The translations under genes and the position numbers were made by a program. 55,024 nucleotides of DNA, taken from positions 1 through 55,024 of IMG/VR virus record IMGVR_UViG_3300032285_001218. The stretch is one strand, 5' to 3'. How positions within the stretch are numbered: the first letter of the stretch is position 1; each line of letters begins with the position of its first letter. Origin of the DNA: a virus. Lineage: Duplodnaviria > Caudoviricetes. A model generated the notes under the pieces. The model saw nothing but the letters and a program-made list of their open reading frames with translations, had not been told where the DNA came from and searched no databases. Positions 44,831 to 54,600 of this stretch are shown in pieces.

Positions 44831-46689
44831 TATGTTCCTGACTCCTCTTGTTCTTGTTCTGTTGCAGTAGGTGGCCTAACTGTAAATGTATCGTCAGGAC
44901 CAGTCGAATATGTTTTCCATAAAGTTGGAGTAGGTAGCATTGTCTCGCTAAAATCGCTTTGATCATTTAGCTGTTCTCCGTCTGTATCTTCATACCTACC
45001 GTCAATATCTCTGTCCGTCTGATCAATTTTAACTTTGAGAGGGTCTACATTTTCGTGATACACATACGGTTCAGTTGTAATAACTCGTCGCATAATTGTG
45101 GGTGGAAGTTTAGTATCGTCATACTCCCCAGTCTCAATTGATAATTTATGAAGTTTTAATCGTTGCGGTAATTCTGCTTCTGAAGCTGAATCGGCATCTG
45201 CGGCAGACGATCCTCCAAAATTTCCAGAATTAAAATGAATTTGGCCGCCATCAATGTTAGTACCAGATGCTTTAACTTGGAAAGCAGATCCAGCGGTAAT
45301 TGTATATCCACTGCCTGAACTAATAGTAACAGCATTGCCTATTGATCTATCTTCTGCTTCTCCAATTTTAGTTTTAAGGCTACCATCAAACTTTTTATCA
45401 ACATTGCCTAACACATGTTGCAAATAATTAGTATCGTATAATTTGTTTACATCTTGCTTAACATGGTGTGTGTATGTAGTTTCGTATGTAATATCTACAG
45501 CTTCCTTAACTTGTATTTTTTGATTTCCATCAACAACTAAAATTTGATCTTTAATTACATGAGTGTGCTGTTCTCCTCTAACTTTTGTGTTAAAATTTCT
45601 TCCACATTCAATATTAATATCTCTATCTGCATAAAAATTTAAATCATTTTGTGTACGTATGCTAATACTATCTTCCGCATAGATATCAATTTTGCCATCA
45701 CTAGTTAATTCAACCCAACTAGTACCCCGAGCATTAGTAATATAAATTAAATCTTCACTATTATGAAAAAGTATTTGGTGTCCAGTTCGTGTTCTAATTC
45801 TAACTAGTTCATTATGCGGAATGTTTACATCACCAGTTGTTTCTTTATTTTCTACAGAAGCATATTCAGGAGGGCCTTTACTTGCATTAGTTTTACGTAA
45901 AAATCTGTCGTCACCGTCGTCCATTACAAAAGTTGTGCCGCCTAGTCTACTTACAAATGCATTGTCAACTTTTTTTTCTTCGCTTCCAATACGACCAGTT
46001 TTAGCTCCTGGTTTTTTATCTACTGGGCCAGGTGTGCTGATTCCAAAAACCATACTAGGAACTTCTCTTCTAGCACTGCTAGATGTAATTCCTCTAATAT
46101 CATCGAAAAGCAATCCTTGATGAGATAAAACATCAGTAAATGGGTGGCGCGGTTTTAATGCCTGAGAAGCATCAGGATTATCTGTACTTTGTATTTTTTT
46201 ATTATATTCTGCTACAGGAACTCTGCCGTATTGATTTTTTGCATCAGGGTCCGCATCTTCAACAACTTTTTGAGTAGAAGCAAGGCCAGGAAGCATAAAG
46301 TTTGCTCCTTCATCTTGCACACACCCTATCCAATAACCTCTTCGAGTGTCGCCATCAATAAAAATTACAACCACCAGGCTACCAACATCGGGTGGAATCA
46401 TCCACATACCGTAACTTTTTTGTGTGTTGTTGTACGTATCATCTTCTGTTCGGCCTGGTTCTCCGGCAGTATGATTAGAACTTGTTACGCCGTAAAAAGG
46501 ACTCATATAACTTACTTGGTGTATCTCTGATTCAACTGTAAGATTACCAGAAGGTCTTAAAATTTCAACTTGTAGTATACCCATATAAGTTGTATCTAAA
46601 TGCCCTACTATTTTAGCAAGAAACGGGCCGGGGCGTCCAAGTTCGTCATTTTTTGAACTATAATTATAATTATTTGAATTGTTTGACAT
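44830..46689 (-). CDS. gp5: baseplate hub/spike gp5-like (VgrG-like), no lysozyme domain evident
   Basis: OB-fold-like PPDVGSLVVVIF.DGD...YWIG; RTRTGHQ; beta-helix-like repeats; upstream of gp25. Confidence 0.7.
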   Translation of the reverse strand: MSNNSNNYNYSSKNDELGRPGPFLAKIVGHLDTTYMGILQVEILRPSGNLTVESEIHQVSYMSPFYGVTSSNHTAGEPGRTEDDTYNNTQKSYGMWMIPPDVGSLVVVIFIDGDTRRGYWIGCVQDEGANFMLPGLASTQKVVEDADPDAKNQYGRVPVAEYNKKIQSTDNPDASQALKPRHPFTDVLSHQGLLFDDIRGITSSSARREVPSMVFGISTPGPVDKKPGAKTGRIGSEEKKVDNAFVSRLGGTTFVMDDGDDRFLRKTNASKGPPEYASVENKETTGDVNIPHNELVRIRTRTGHQILFHNSEDLIYITNARGTSWVELTSDGKIDIYAEDSISIRTQNDLNFYADRDINIECGRNFNTKVRGEQHTHVIKDQILVVDGNQKIQVKEAVDITYETTYTHHVKQDVNKLYDTNYLQHVLGNVDKKFDGSLKTKIGEAEDRSIGNAVTISSGSGYTITAGSAFQVKASGTNIDGGQIHFNSGNFGGSSAADADSASEAELPQRLKLHKLSIETGEYDDTKLPPTIMRRVITTEPYVYHENVDPLKVKIDQTDRDIDGRYEDTDGEQLNDQSDFSETMLPTPTLWKTYSTGPDDTFTVRPPTATEQEQEESGT

Positions 46690-46690
46690 G

Positions 46691-48892
46691 TTATTCCGTA
46701 GGATCTTTTATTGGAACAGGTGGTGGTTTTGAATTAGTTAGTACGCCGTTTCCGTCTGCACTAGTTGCACTAGTTGCACTAACTTCTTGGTACGGACGAC
46801 GTTGTCCTGATAATGTTTGTGTAAATTGTCCTTTTTGGAATTTACAAACAACATTTGTAACATGATAAAGACCGCTCCATGAAATTAAAGGAGCACTTGC
46901 AGTTGTGGGTGCAAATTGATATAACCCAGTTCCTTGATTTATGTCAAGCGGTGTTCTAAAATTAACAAGTATATCAACTTCGCCATTTTGCCAATTTACT
47001 GATCCATCATCTAGTAAATTAGTACTATTTGTAGTTGACTGTCCTGTCCAGTTACCCATCCCGCTGTGTGCAATATAGTACGGATCTCCGATAATTTCCA
47101 TATTTAATGTTGTCATTGAGCTAGTACTCGAACGGGTTACTGCATCATGAAAAATACGTGCGGCACGTACTGATGGAGTATCTGGGCCTGATCCGCCTTT
47201 TTGATCAGTGTTAGTTAATGTTTTTAAAAATCTTACTATACCTGGCATTACTCCAAGTTTTTGTTCAGGTGGATTGCCTGTACCGAGAGGAGCAACAATT
47301 TCTTTATTAGGATCGGTGGCTGCCACATCTCCAGATTGGTCAATTGTTACAGTATCCGCACCTTTATTAAGGAAATCGGCGGCCATTGCTGTGAAAAATC
47401 CATTTTCAAAATATATGTCAAAGTTTATAATATCAACATTTTTTCCAGTATAGATATAATCATATTGTTTAACTGTTTGTTTGGCAAGCTCATAAAAACC
47501 TGGGCCTTTTGTATTAACTGTAATCATCTTACTAGCGTGAACATCGTAAGGAACAACCCTATAAACATATACAAGAGGTTTGATTCCAGTTGTAGGTAAA
47601 TTTGCATCCGATGATATAATAAATTTTTGACAATCAATTCTCCACCAACCTACAAACCCTTTGTCATCTGTTTTTCCATCAAGGGCTTTATTTGGAAATA
47701 CACTTTTCAATATTACTTGATTGATAGCGTTTGGAATATCGTGAGATTGATTAAATTTAAAATCACTAACTTTAGGATCAGAAGTTAATTTACCTTTAAA
47801 GAAAGTATTTGATGTTTTGTCATATACATCAGTAGGAGATCCTACAGGCGGTGTTGATGCATTAGATTTATCAAAATTAAGTATTGCTAAACCAATTTCA
47901 TTTACATCGTCTACATTTTGCTCATAACCGTTTTTTCCTTTAGTCACTCCGATAATTTTGTTAATCTGTTCTCTGGACGCAGTTGTTGCACCTTTATCTT
48001 CGGGTATAGCTGGAGTTTTTGATGCAAGAGTTTTTGGAAAAGTTATAATGTATTCGTCAGGAACAGTACCTGGGTTATTTGCTACCAGTAAAGCAGCACG
48101 TTTATTAAGTGCCACTTGTAGACTTTTTTCTCCAGTTTGAAGTAACTGCAAAACTGATGCTCCGGATATTGCTACATCGTTAGGGAATTTTGCGGCGGCA
48201 TCAGAAAGTGTTGCCTGGCTAGTTGGCATAGCTTCTATATTATAAACGGCGCCAGTCTCTTTGACTCGCATGTTTATATTTGATATGTTAAAAGGAATTG
48301 CGCGGAAAGTTTTAGGAATAGATAAAATTTTTCCGTTTTCTGTATTTCCCCTAAACTCCATAGTCAACAACCACGGAGCGTCTCTCCAGTTTTTGTGTTC
48401 TTTTTTAGCAGCAAGATATTGCATTGCTATAGGAAACATGCCCATGCTAAAAGGTTCAGTAATTTGAAATTTTATATTAGTTACGTTCGAATTTAAATTA
48501 TTCTCAAGTCCGATTTGTATATCAAGTTGTAAATTATCTATAAAAAAATCAAATTTCCCGTAAGGAGTTTCTACTCTATTATTAGGGTCAGCATTTGCAG
48601 ATTTACAAATCAATTCAATTTTGCTACCAGCCATATATGTAGTATCAGGATTGTTTGCTTCTGCATCTGATAAACAACCAATTCCTAAAATATAATCATA
48701 GCTTGCATAATCAAACAACGGATTTTTTAATGGTAACTTAACATCAGTTAAAGTTTTAAGAAATTCGCCATTATTTTCAAGAAGACCAGTAACTTTATTA
48801 AGTACAGATGTCAATCCAGTTGCAGAGCCTAAAGAAGTTACCGCAGTTGTAATACTGTTTATTGCTGTAGTCGCTTGATCTAAAAATCCCAT
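46691..48892 (-). CDS. putative baseplate hub protein (gp27-like)
   Basis: Position between gp53 and gp5; C-terminal IIGDP...SGLYHVTNV..KF..GQFTQTL. Confidence 0.55.
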   Translation of the reverse strand: MGFLDQATTAINSITTAVTSLGSATGLTSVLNKVTGLLENNGEFLKTLTDVKLPLKNPLFDYASYDYILGIGCLSDAEANNPDTTYMAGSKIELICKSANADPNNRVETPYGKFDFFIDNLQLDIQIGLENNLNSNVTNIKFQITEPFSMGMFPIAMQYLAAKKEHKNWRDAPWLLTMEFRGNTENGKILSIPKTFRAIPFNISNINMRVKETGAVYNIEAMPTSQATLSDAAAKFPNDVAISGASVLQLLQTGEKSLQVALNKRAALLVANNPGTVPDEYIITFPKTLASKTPAIPEDKGATTASREQINKIIGVTKGKNGYEQNVDDVNEIGLAILNFDKSNASTPPVGSPTDVYDKTSNTFFKGKLTSDPKVSDFKFNQSHDIPNAINQVILKSVFPNKALDGKTDDKGFVGWWRIDCQKFIISSDANLPTTGIKPLVYVYRVVPYDVHASKMITVNTKGPGFYELAKQTVKQYDYIYTGKNVDIINFDIYFENGFFTAMAADFLNKGADTVTIDQSGDVAATDPNKEIVAPLGTGNPPEQKLGVMPGIVRFLKTLTNTDQKGGSGPDTPSVRAARIFHDAVTRSSTSSMTTLNMEIIGDPYYIAHSGMGNWTGQSTTNSTNLLDDGSVNWQNGEVDILVNFRTPLDINQGTGLYQFAPTTASAPLISWSGLYHVTNVVCKFQKGQFTQTLSGQRRPYQEVSATSATSADGNGVLTNSKPPPVPIKDPTE

Positions 48893-48893
48893 A

Positions 48894-49196
48894 TTACAAT
48901 CCTAGGGCTATTTTTAAACTACTATTTTTACAAATATATATTTTTTTACCGGGAACAAAATCAAATATAGGGTCTTGTAGTACATCAAGATTGCGCTGTA
49001 TAAAAACCCACCATAACGAAGCATCTCCGTACAAATCGTATGCTAGTAAATCAGGACGATGTGTATATTGGCTTTCAATGGCATATAAAAAATCATCTGT
49101 TTCCGCACTAACAGGTCGAATTGTTAGTACATCTAAATAATTTTTAGTAGTAATAGTATTATACCACGGGCTAGTATTTTTGTAGTTAGCAGCCAT
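48894..49196 (-). CDS. gp53: baseplate wedge gp53-like / LysM-like protein
   Basis: RPDLLAYDLYGDASLWWVF. Confidence 0.75.
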   Translation of the reverse strand: MAANYKNTSPWYNTITTKNYLDVLTIRPVSAETDDFLYAIESQYTHRPDLLAYDLYGDASLWWVFIQRNLDVLQDPIFDFVPGKKIYICKNSSLKIALGL

Positions 49197-49198
49197 AA

Positions 49199-50218
49199 TT
49201 AAATATATCCAAAATTATTATTAAGGTAACCGCCAGTAACAAATCTATCAAGACTAAATTTACGAGCACTTGTTCTGCTATACATAGGTTGTAATGTTAC
49301 ACTAAATGTGCTTCTAGTAGGAACATGAGAAACTCCGCCGCTAGTGGTTCCACCAATTCCAAAACTACCCAACAATCCTGCAACTTGTCCTACACCCCCG
49401 GCAACTCCGCTAATAATAGACGTTGCTGATCCAACAGCGCCTCCAAATGCTCCGCCAAATGCTCCGCCAATTGTGTTGGCTAAACTACCAATTGCATCGG
49501 CTGTTCCTTCCAATCCTCCAGCGGCACTTCCAACAACATTGACTCCTATATAATCGCACTTGTCTTCTAAAGAAACATCCATTGCAGTAACTACTACTGG
49601 AACATTTTTAAAAACATAGTTTCCGTAACCATTTAAGAAAACAATTGGTGGCGGGTTTCCGGCTTTTGGATCATTTCCTGTAAACATTTTGGTTAAACTT
49701 CTTAAATAATGTACCATAGCAATCCAGTATAATCCTTCTGTAGGATCTGACACATACATTGGGGCTGTTATTTTAATTGCACCTGGATCACTATTCTTAA
49801 ATGCTTGAAACGTATAGTTAGTATGTACTGTTTCAATTGGTGTATATTTTGCGCCGCTATGTATAGAAATTTTAGGAGTATATGGAAATATTAAACCGCC
49901 TGAATCTTTTAATGGCTTTAACACAGGGCTTGATTTGAAACTAGTCCAACTTGCTAAACTTAATCTAACCCTCCAATCATTGGCATGGGTATCTTCTGTG
50001 AAAGCACTGATGGCGCCCACTATGTCGCCAATTGCTTCACCAGCAGCTGGTAAATTTATACTTCGAATGGCACTGGCAAGGCCGCCTGGAGATGCAAGTC
50101 CTGCAGAAAAAGCAGAGCCTAAATTACTGGCAGCATTGAATCCGTTTGCACCTGCGCTAGCTAAATTGCCAAGATTTCCTAGCGAAGATGTTAATCCTGA
50201 ACCTAAATCGAAACTCAT
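49199..50218 (-). CDS. putative tail tube initiator / baseplate cap (gp48/gp54-like)
   Basis: FPYTP, GNPPPIVFLNGYG, VPVVVT; Gly-rich inserts; first gene of baseplate cluster. Confidence 0.55.
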   Translation of the reverse strand: MSFDLGSGLTSSLGNLGNLASAGANGFNAASNLGSAFSAGLASPGGLASAIRSINLPAAGEAIGDIVGAISAFTEDTHANDWRVRLSLASWTSFKSSPVLKPLKDSGGLIFPYTPKISIHSGAKYTPIETVHTNYTFQAFKNSDPGAIKITAPMYVSDPTEGLYWIAMVHYLRSLTKMFTGNDPKAGNPPPIVFLNGYGNYVFKNVPVVVTAMDVSLEDKCDYIGVNVVGSAAGGLEGTADAIGSLANTIGGAFGGAFGGAVGSATSIISGVAGGVGQVAGLLGSFGIGGTTSGGVSHVPTRSTFSVTLQPMYSRTSARKFSLDRFVTGGYLNNNFGYI

Positions 50219-50237
50219 AGTGTATCTCCTGATACTC

Positions 50238-50269
50238 TATTTATTTGACTTTAATAAGTGCGTAGTTTA
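50238..50269 (-). promoter_or_regulatory. bipartite late promoter-like element for virion module
   Basis: TAAACTACGCACTTAT-8 nt-AATAAATA, then AGGAG RBS. Confidence 0.65.
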
Positions 50270-50273
50270 TAAT
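50245..50273 (+). promoter_or_regulatory. sigma70-type promoter for gp55-47-46 operon
   Basis: TTGACT-17 nt-TATAAT; GAGGA upstream of ATG 50296. Confidence 0.75.
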
Positions 50274-50295
50274 GTAATTTACGAGGACTCATCTA

Positions 50296-51123
50296 ATGAC
50301 AGCAAAAGTTAATTACCTAAACAACAAGGATATGTTGTTGGAAATACATAGAAGTAAAAGCTCATATTGTAGCTTTACACAGCCTGAATTTCATCAATAT
50401 GACAGTATCTTGCCAAGTGTTGACAAGATCAATATCAGAAGTATAGCTGATGCAAAACGAGCAAGGGCCAAACGTATTGGTGATTTAGAGTATGCAAGAC
50501 GCAAAGCGGCTGGAGAAAAAGTTAAACAAGCAGATTGCGAAGTTGACTATAAAAAGATACTAAAAACAGATGTTGTATTTCGTGTTATGACATTTGATCA
50601 TATTCCTTTAAACGGAACTAGAAAAAAGAATCCAAAAAGTCTTGCAGATCATAGAGACAAAGTGAACTTCCCTCCGTTTCAGCATTGGAAATATAACGAA
50701 GAAGATGAACTCGTTTGTGTGGGCAAGAGTCATTGGAAAGGTGATTTGGAAAAAGGTCACTTTGACAAAGATGCTGGACAAATTACTCCGACACTTGCCC
50801 GAATGATGATTAAGCTATGTGAACGATATGCCACAAGGGGCAATGTTCGTGGTTACACTTACAACGATGAAATGAAAGGGCAAGCTATTTTGCAATTAAC
50901 ACAAATTGGACTTCAATTTGATGAAAGCAAGTCGGATAATCCGTTTGCTTATTTTACTGCCGCAGTTACTAATAGTTTTGTACGTGTTATTAATATTGAA
51001 AAACGTAATCAGAATATTAGGGACGATGTGCTTGAAATGAATGGTATGAATCCAAGTTACAGTAGAACTGGCTCGGGAGAACATGCTGCCGCTGTTAAAC
51101 GTTTTGATGAAGGTGCTGAATGA
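50296..51123 (+). CDS. gp55: T4-like late sigma factor, enlarged
   Basis: NYLNNKDML, GYTYNDEM, FDESKSDNPFAYFT...NSFVRVINIEK; synteny with gp47/gp46. Confidence 0.85.
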   Translation: MTAKVNYLNNKDMLLEIHRSKSSYCSFTQPEFHQYDSILPSVDKINIRSIADAKRARAKRIGDLEYARRKAAGEKVKQADCEVDYKKILKTDVVFRVMTFDHIPLNGTRKKNPKSLADHRDKVNFPPFQHWKYNEEDELVCVGKSHWKGDLEKGHFDKDAGQITPTLARMMIKLCERYATRGNVRGYTYNDEMKGQAILQLTQIGLQFDESKSDNPFAYFTAAVTNSFVRVINIEKRNQNIRDDVLEMNGMNPSYSRTGSGEHAAAVKRFDEGAE

Positions 51124-52133
51124 CAAATTTATTTAAGAAGGTTGCTTGCTTCACAGACATACACTTTGGTTTGAAATCAAACAGTAGTGTACACAATCAA
51201 GACTGTGAAGAATTTGTAGATTGGTATATTGCCAAAGCCAAGGAGGAAGGATGCGATGTTGGAATTTTTATGGGTGATTGGCATCACAATCGCAATAGTC
51301 TTAATATCACTACTATGGACTATAGTATTAGGGCCTTGGAAAAGTTGGGGCAGGCGTTTGATAAATTTTATTTCTTTCCTGGCAATCATGATCTTTATTA
51401 CAAAGACAAACGGGATATTCACTCAGTCGAGTTCGGAAAATATATTCCCGGAATCACAGTGGTACATGAACCGACTACCATTGGGGACGTTACACTCTGT
51501 CCGTGGCTTGTAGGAGACGAATGGAAAACTATTGGTAAAAAAGGTGGCAAATACATCTTTGGTCACTTTGAATTACCCAGCTTCTTTATGAACGCTATGA
51601 TTCAAATGCCGGATCACGGTGAAATACAATTAGATAGCTTTAAAGGTTACGAGTTAGGCTTTAGTGGACACTTCCACAAACGCCAACAACAGCGTAATAT
51701 GATCTACATTGGCAATGCATTTCCCCATAACTACGCAGATACATGGGACGACGAGCGTGGTATGATGATACTTGAGTGGGGTGGTCAGCCAGAATATCAT
51801 ACGTGGCCTATGCAACCTACCTTTCGAACAGTTAAATTAAGTCAACTAATAGATGAAGCTGATGTAATTATCAAACCTAATCAACACCTACGTGTCAGTT
51901 TAGACATTGATATTACCTACGAAGAAGCTAGCTTTGTCAAAGAAGACTTTATGAAAAAGTATGCTATTCGAGAATTAACACTTATTCCCGAAAAGAAAGA
52001 ATTAGAAATTAACACTGATATTGATATACAAGCATTTGAAAGTGTAGATCAAATTGTCAGCAATCAATTAATCAATATTGAAAGCGATACATTTGATAAA
52101 AAAATATTGTTGGAAATCTATAACAGTCTATGA
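51120..52133 (+). CDS. gp47: recombination endonuclease subunit (Mre11/SbcD-like)
   Basis: TDIHFG, GDWHH, GNHD, GHFE, SGHFH phosphoesterase motifs. Confidence 0.92.
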   Translation: MTNLFKKVACFTDIHFGLKSNSSVHNQDCEEFVDWYIAKAKEEGCDVGIFMGDWHHNRNSLNITTMDYSIRALEKLGQAFDKFYFFPGNHDLYYKDKRDIHSVEFGKYIPGITVVHEPTTIGDVTLCPWLVGDEWKTIGKKGGKYIFGHFELPSFFMNAMIQMPDHGEIQLDSFKGYELGFSGHFHKRQQQRNMIYIGNAFPHNYADTWDDERGMMILEWGGQPEYHTWPMQPTFRTVKLSQLIDEADVIIKPNQHLRVSLDIDITYEEASFVKEDFMKKYAIRELTLIPEKKELEINTDIDIQAFESVDQIVSNQLINIESDTFDKKILLEIYNSL

Positions 52134-53908
52134 TCAAAATTAAAGATTTAACCGTAAAAAACTTTATGAGCGTGGGTAATCAAACCCAAGCTGTAAACTT
52201 TGGGCGTGAACAACTAACTCTAGTACTTGGTGAAAATTTAGATCAAGGCGGAGATGACAGCGGATCACGTAACGGTACAGGTAAAACTACCATTGTTAAT
52301 GCGTTGAGCTTTGCTTTATTTGGCAATGCCCTTACGAATATCAAGAAAGATAACTTGATTAATAAGATTAACAATAAGAATATGTTGGTCACACTGTCTT
52401 TTGAGAAAGATGGTAACAAGTATAAGATTGAACGTGGTCGTAAACCCACAATCATGAAGTTTTACGTAAACAACCAAGAACAAAGTGCAGAGTCAACTGA
52501 TGATAGTCAAGGTGACATGCGTGAAACACAAAAGGACATTGACGAATTACTAGGCATGAGCCACGATATGTTCAAGCATATTGTAGCACTAAACACCTAC
52601 ACTGAACCGTTCCTTAGTTTAAAAGCCAACGAGCAACGAGAAATTATTGAACAGTTACTAGGCATTACCCTGCTTAGTGAAAAAGCTGATGCACTTAAAG
52701 AACAAATCCGTCTAACTAAAGAGTCTATCTTTCAAGAAACTGCAGATATTGAGGCAGCTAAGAAGTCTAACGATAAAATTCAAATCAGTATTACTGGTTT
52801 AGAAACTAGACAAAGTGCTTGGTATAGTCAACAAAAGACAGACTGTGCTAAAATTACAGAAAGTATTGCAGAATTACAAAGTGTTGATATTGAAAAAGAG
52901 CTAGTTCAACATGCTAAACTAAAACAGTATGACGAACATGCCGCAAAGATCAAAAGTCTTAATAAAGAGAAAGCAACATTAGAAACTGCTGTTATTCAAG
53001 CAGATAAAAGTGTTACCAAGTATACTAAAGAAGTAGAACAGTTAAAAAACAAGACTTGTCCTGCATGTGAGCAAGGACTACACAGTCATAAGCACGAAGA
53101 AATGACTGCAGGTGCTGAAAAAAATCTTGCAGATGCAATAATCTATCTTGAAGGCGTTAGCGACAGCTATGCTAGTGTTGTACAAGAATTAGAAACCATT
53201 GGTGATATCAATGGAAGACCTAAAACTTACTATGATACTGTAGAAGAAGCACTAAAGCATCAAAATAATCTTACCAGTTTAGAAGAAGCATTGTCTAGAA
53301 GACAAGCTGAAACTGATCCTTATCAAGAACAAATTGATGATTTAAAACATACTGCTATTCAAGAGATCTCCTGGGATAATGTTAATGCGTTGACAACTAT
53401 TAAAGATCATCAAGAGTTTTTGCTTAAATTGTTAACAAATAAAGATTCGTTTATTCGTAAGAAGATCATAGATCAAAACCTTGCCTACTTGAACAATAGA
53501 TTAACCTACTATCTTGATAAGATGGGATTACCGCATCAAGTAAGTTTCTTAAACGACTTAAACGTTGAGATTACACAGCTAGGACAAGATCTAGACTTTG
53601 ATAACTTGTCACGTGGCGAACGTAATCGTTTAATTCTTGGATTGTCGTGGGCGTTCCGTGATGTGTGGGAAAGTTTGTATCAAAGTATTAACTTATTGTT
53701 TGTTGACGAACTTATTGACAACGGATTAGATGCAAACGGTGTAGAAAATGCCTTAGGTGTGCTTAAAAAGATGGCTCGTGAACGCAAGAAGAACATTTTC
53801 CTAATCTCGCACAAGGACGAATTAATTGGTCGCGTGAATAATGTGCTTAAAGTTATTAAAGAAAATGGCTTTACCAGCTATGCAAATGATATAGAGATTG
53901 ATGAATGA
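52130..53908 (+). CDS. gp46: recombination ATPase subunit (Rad50/SbcC-like)
   Basis: NGTGKT Walker A, CPAC zinc hook, LSRGE signature, LFVDE, ISH. Confidence 0.93.
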   Translation: MIKIKDLTVKNFMSVGNQTQAVNFGREQLTLVLGENLDQGGDDSGSRNGTGKTTIVNALSFALFGNALTNIKKDNLINKINNKNMLVTLSFEKDGNKYKIERGRKPTIMKFYVNNQEQSAESTDDSQGDMRETQKDIDELLGMSHDMFKHIVALNTYTEPFLSLKANEQREIIEQLLGITLLSEKADALKEQIRLTKESIFQETADIEAAKKSNDKIQISITGLETRQSAWYSQQKTDCAKITESIAELQSVDIEKELVQHAKLKQYDEHAAKIKSLNKEKATLETAVIQADKSVTKYTKEVEQLKNKTCPACEQGLHSHKHEEMTAGAEKNLADAIIYLEGVSDSYASVVQELETIGDINGRPKTYYDTVEEALKHQNNLTSLEEALSRRQAETDPYQEQIDDLKHTAIQEISWDNVNALTTIKDHQEFLLKLLTNKDSFIRKKIIDQNLAYLNNRLTYYLDKMGLPHQVSFLNDLNVEITQLGQDLDFDNLSRGERNRLILGLSWAFRDVWESLYQSINLLFVDELIDNGLDANGVENALGVLKKMARERKKNIFLISHKDELIGRVNNVLKVIKENGFTSYANDIEIDE

Positions 53909-54159
53909 ACTATGATGAGTTGCACGATCAACTAATGAAAGAATTCAGAGCATACTTTGAAGACTATCAAAATTGGGCAACTACTGAGTCGCATGCCTCT
54001 GGTATGCGTTCTCGAGCACATTTATCAGAGATTAGGCGTATTGCCAGTGCATTACGTGTAGAAATATTAGAAGTACGTAGGCTTAAACCAAAAATTAAAT
54101 CGCCCGCATATAGGGCCGCTCAAAAACAACAGGCAGAAAAAGGCACAGACACTAACTAG
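53905..54159 (+). CDS. small basic helical protein, possibly nucleic-acid binding
   Basis: ASGMRSRAHLSEIRRIASALRVEI, Lys-rich tail. Confidence 0.5.
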   Translation: MNYDELHDQLMKEFRAYFEDYQNWATTESHASGMRSRAHLSEIRRIASALRVEILEVRRLKPKIKSPAYRAAQKQQAEKGTDTN

Positions 54160-54162
54160 TTG

Positions 54163-54600
54163 ATGTCATGGTATTATCAAAACGCACTAGTTGAAACCCT
54201 TCCAGAAGAATGTATAGGTTTCGTCTATTGTATCACTAATAACATCACTGGTCGCAAATATATAGGCAAAAAACTAGCTAAATTCGCAAAAACAACTTAC
54301 AAAACAGTAAAACTAAAAAACGGCACAAAGAAGAAAAAGAAGATTCGTTCTAAAATTGATTCTGACTGGCGTGAATACTATGGCTCAAGCGACCATCTAA
54401 CAAAAGATATAGAAACTCTAGGCGCAGAGAATTTTACAAGAGAAATACTTTACTACTGCACATCAAAGGCTGAATGCTCATACATAGAGGCAAGAGAACA
54501 ATTCACTCGCAAAGTTCTCGAAAGTGACGACTACTATAACGGACACATAGCTGTTCGTGTACACGGAAGTCATATCAAAGGCAAACAATTAAACGGTTAA
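54163..54600 (+). CDS. compact single-domain GIY-YIG endonuclease
   Basis: GFVYCITN...KYIGKK, YYGSS, conserved E (YIEARE), YYNG; Lys-rich insertion; no C-terminal DNA-binding domain. Confidence 0.85.
   Translation: MSWYYQNALVETLPEECIGFVYCITNNITGRKYIGKKLAKFAKTTYKTVKLKNGTKKKKKIRSKIDSDWREYYGSSDHLTKDIETLGAENFTREILYYCTSKAECSYIEAREQFTRKVLESDDYYNGHIAVRVHGSHIKGKQLNG

Noticed and set aside
49443-49470. Short tandem repeats (12-nt unit here; 9-nt unit near 46757-46781; 6-nt unit near 14678-14697)
   Set aside because: In-frame, two to three copies, encoding low-complexity GGAF, SAT and ER linkers; not CRISPR or phase-variation tracts
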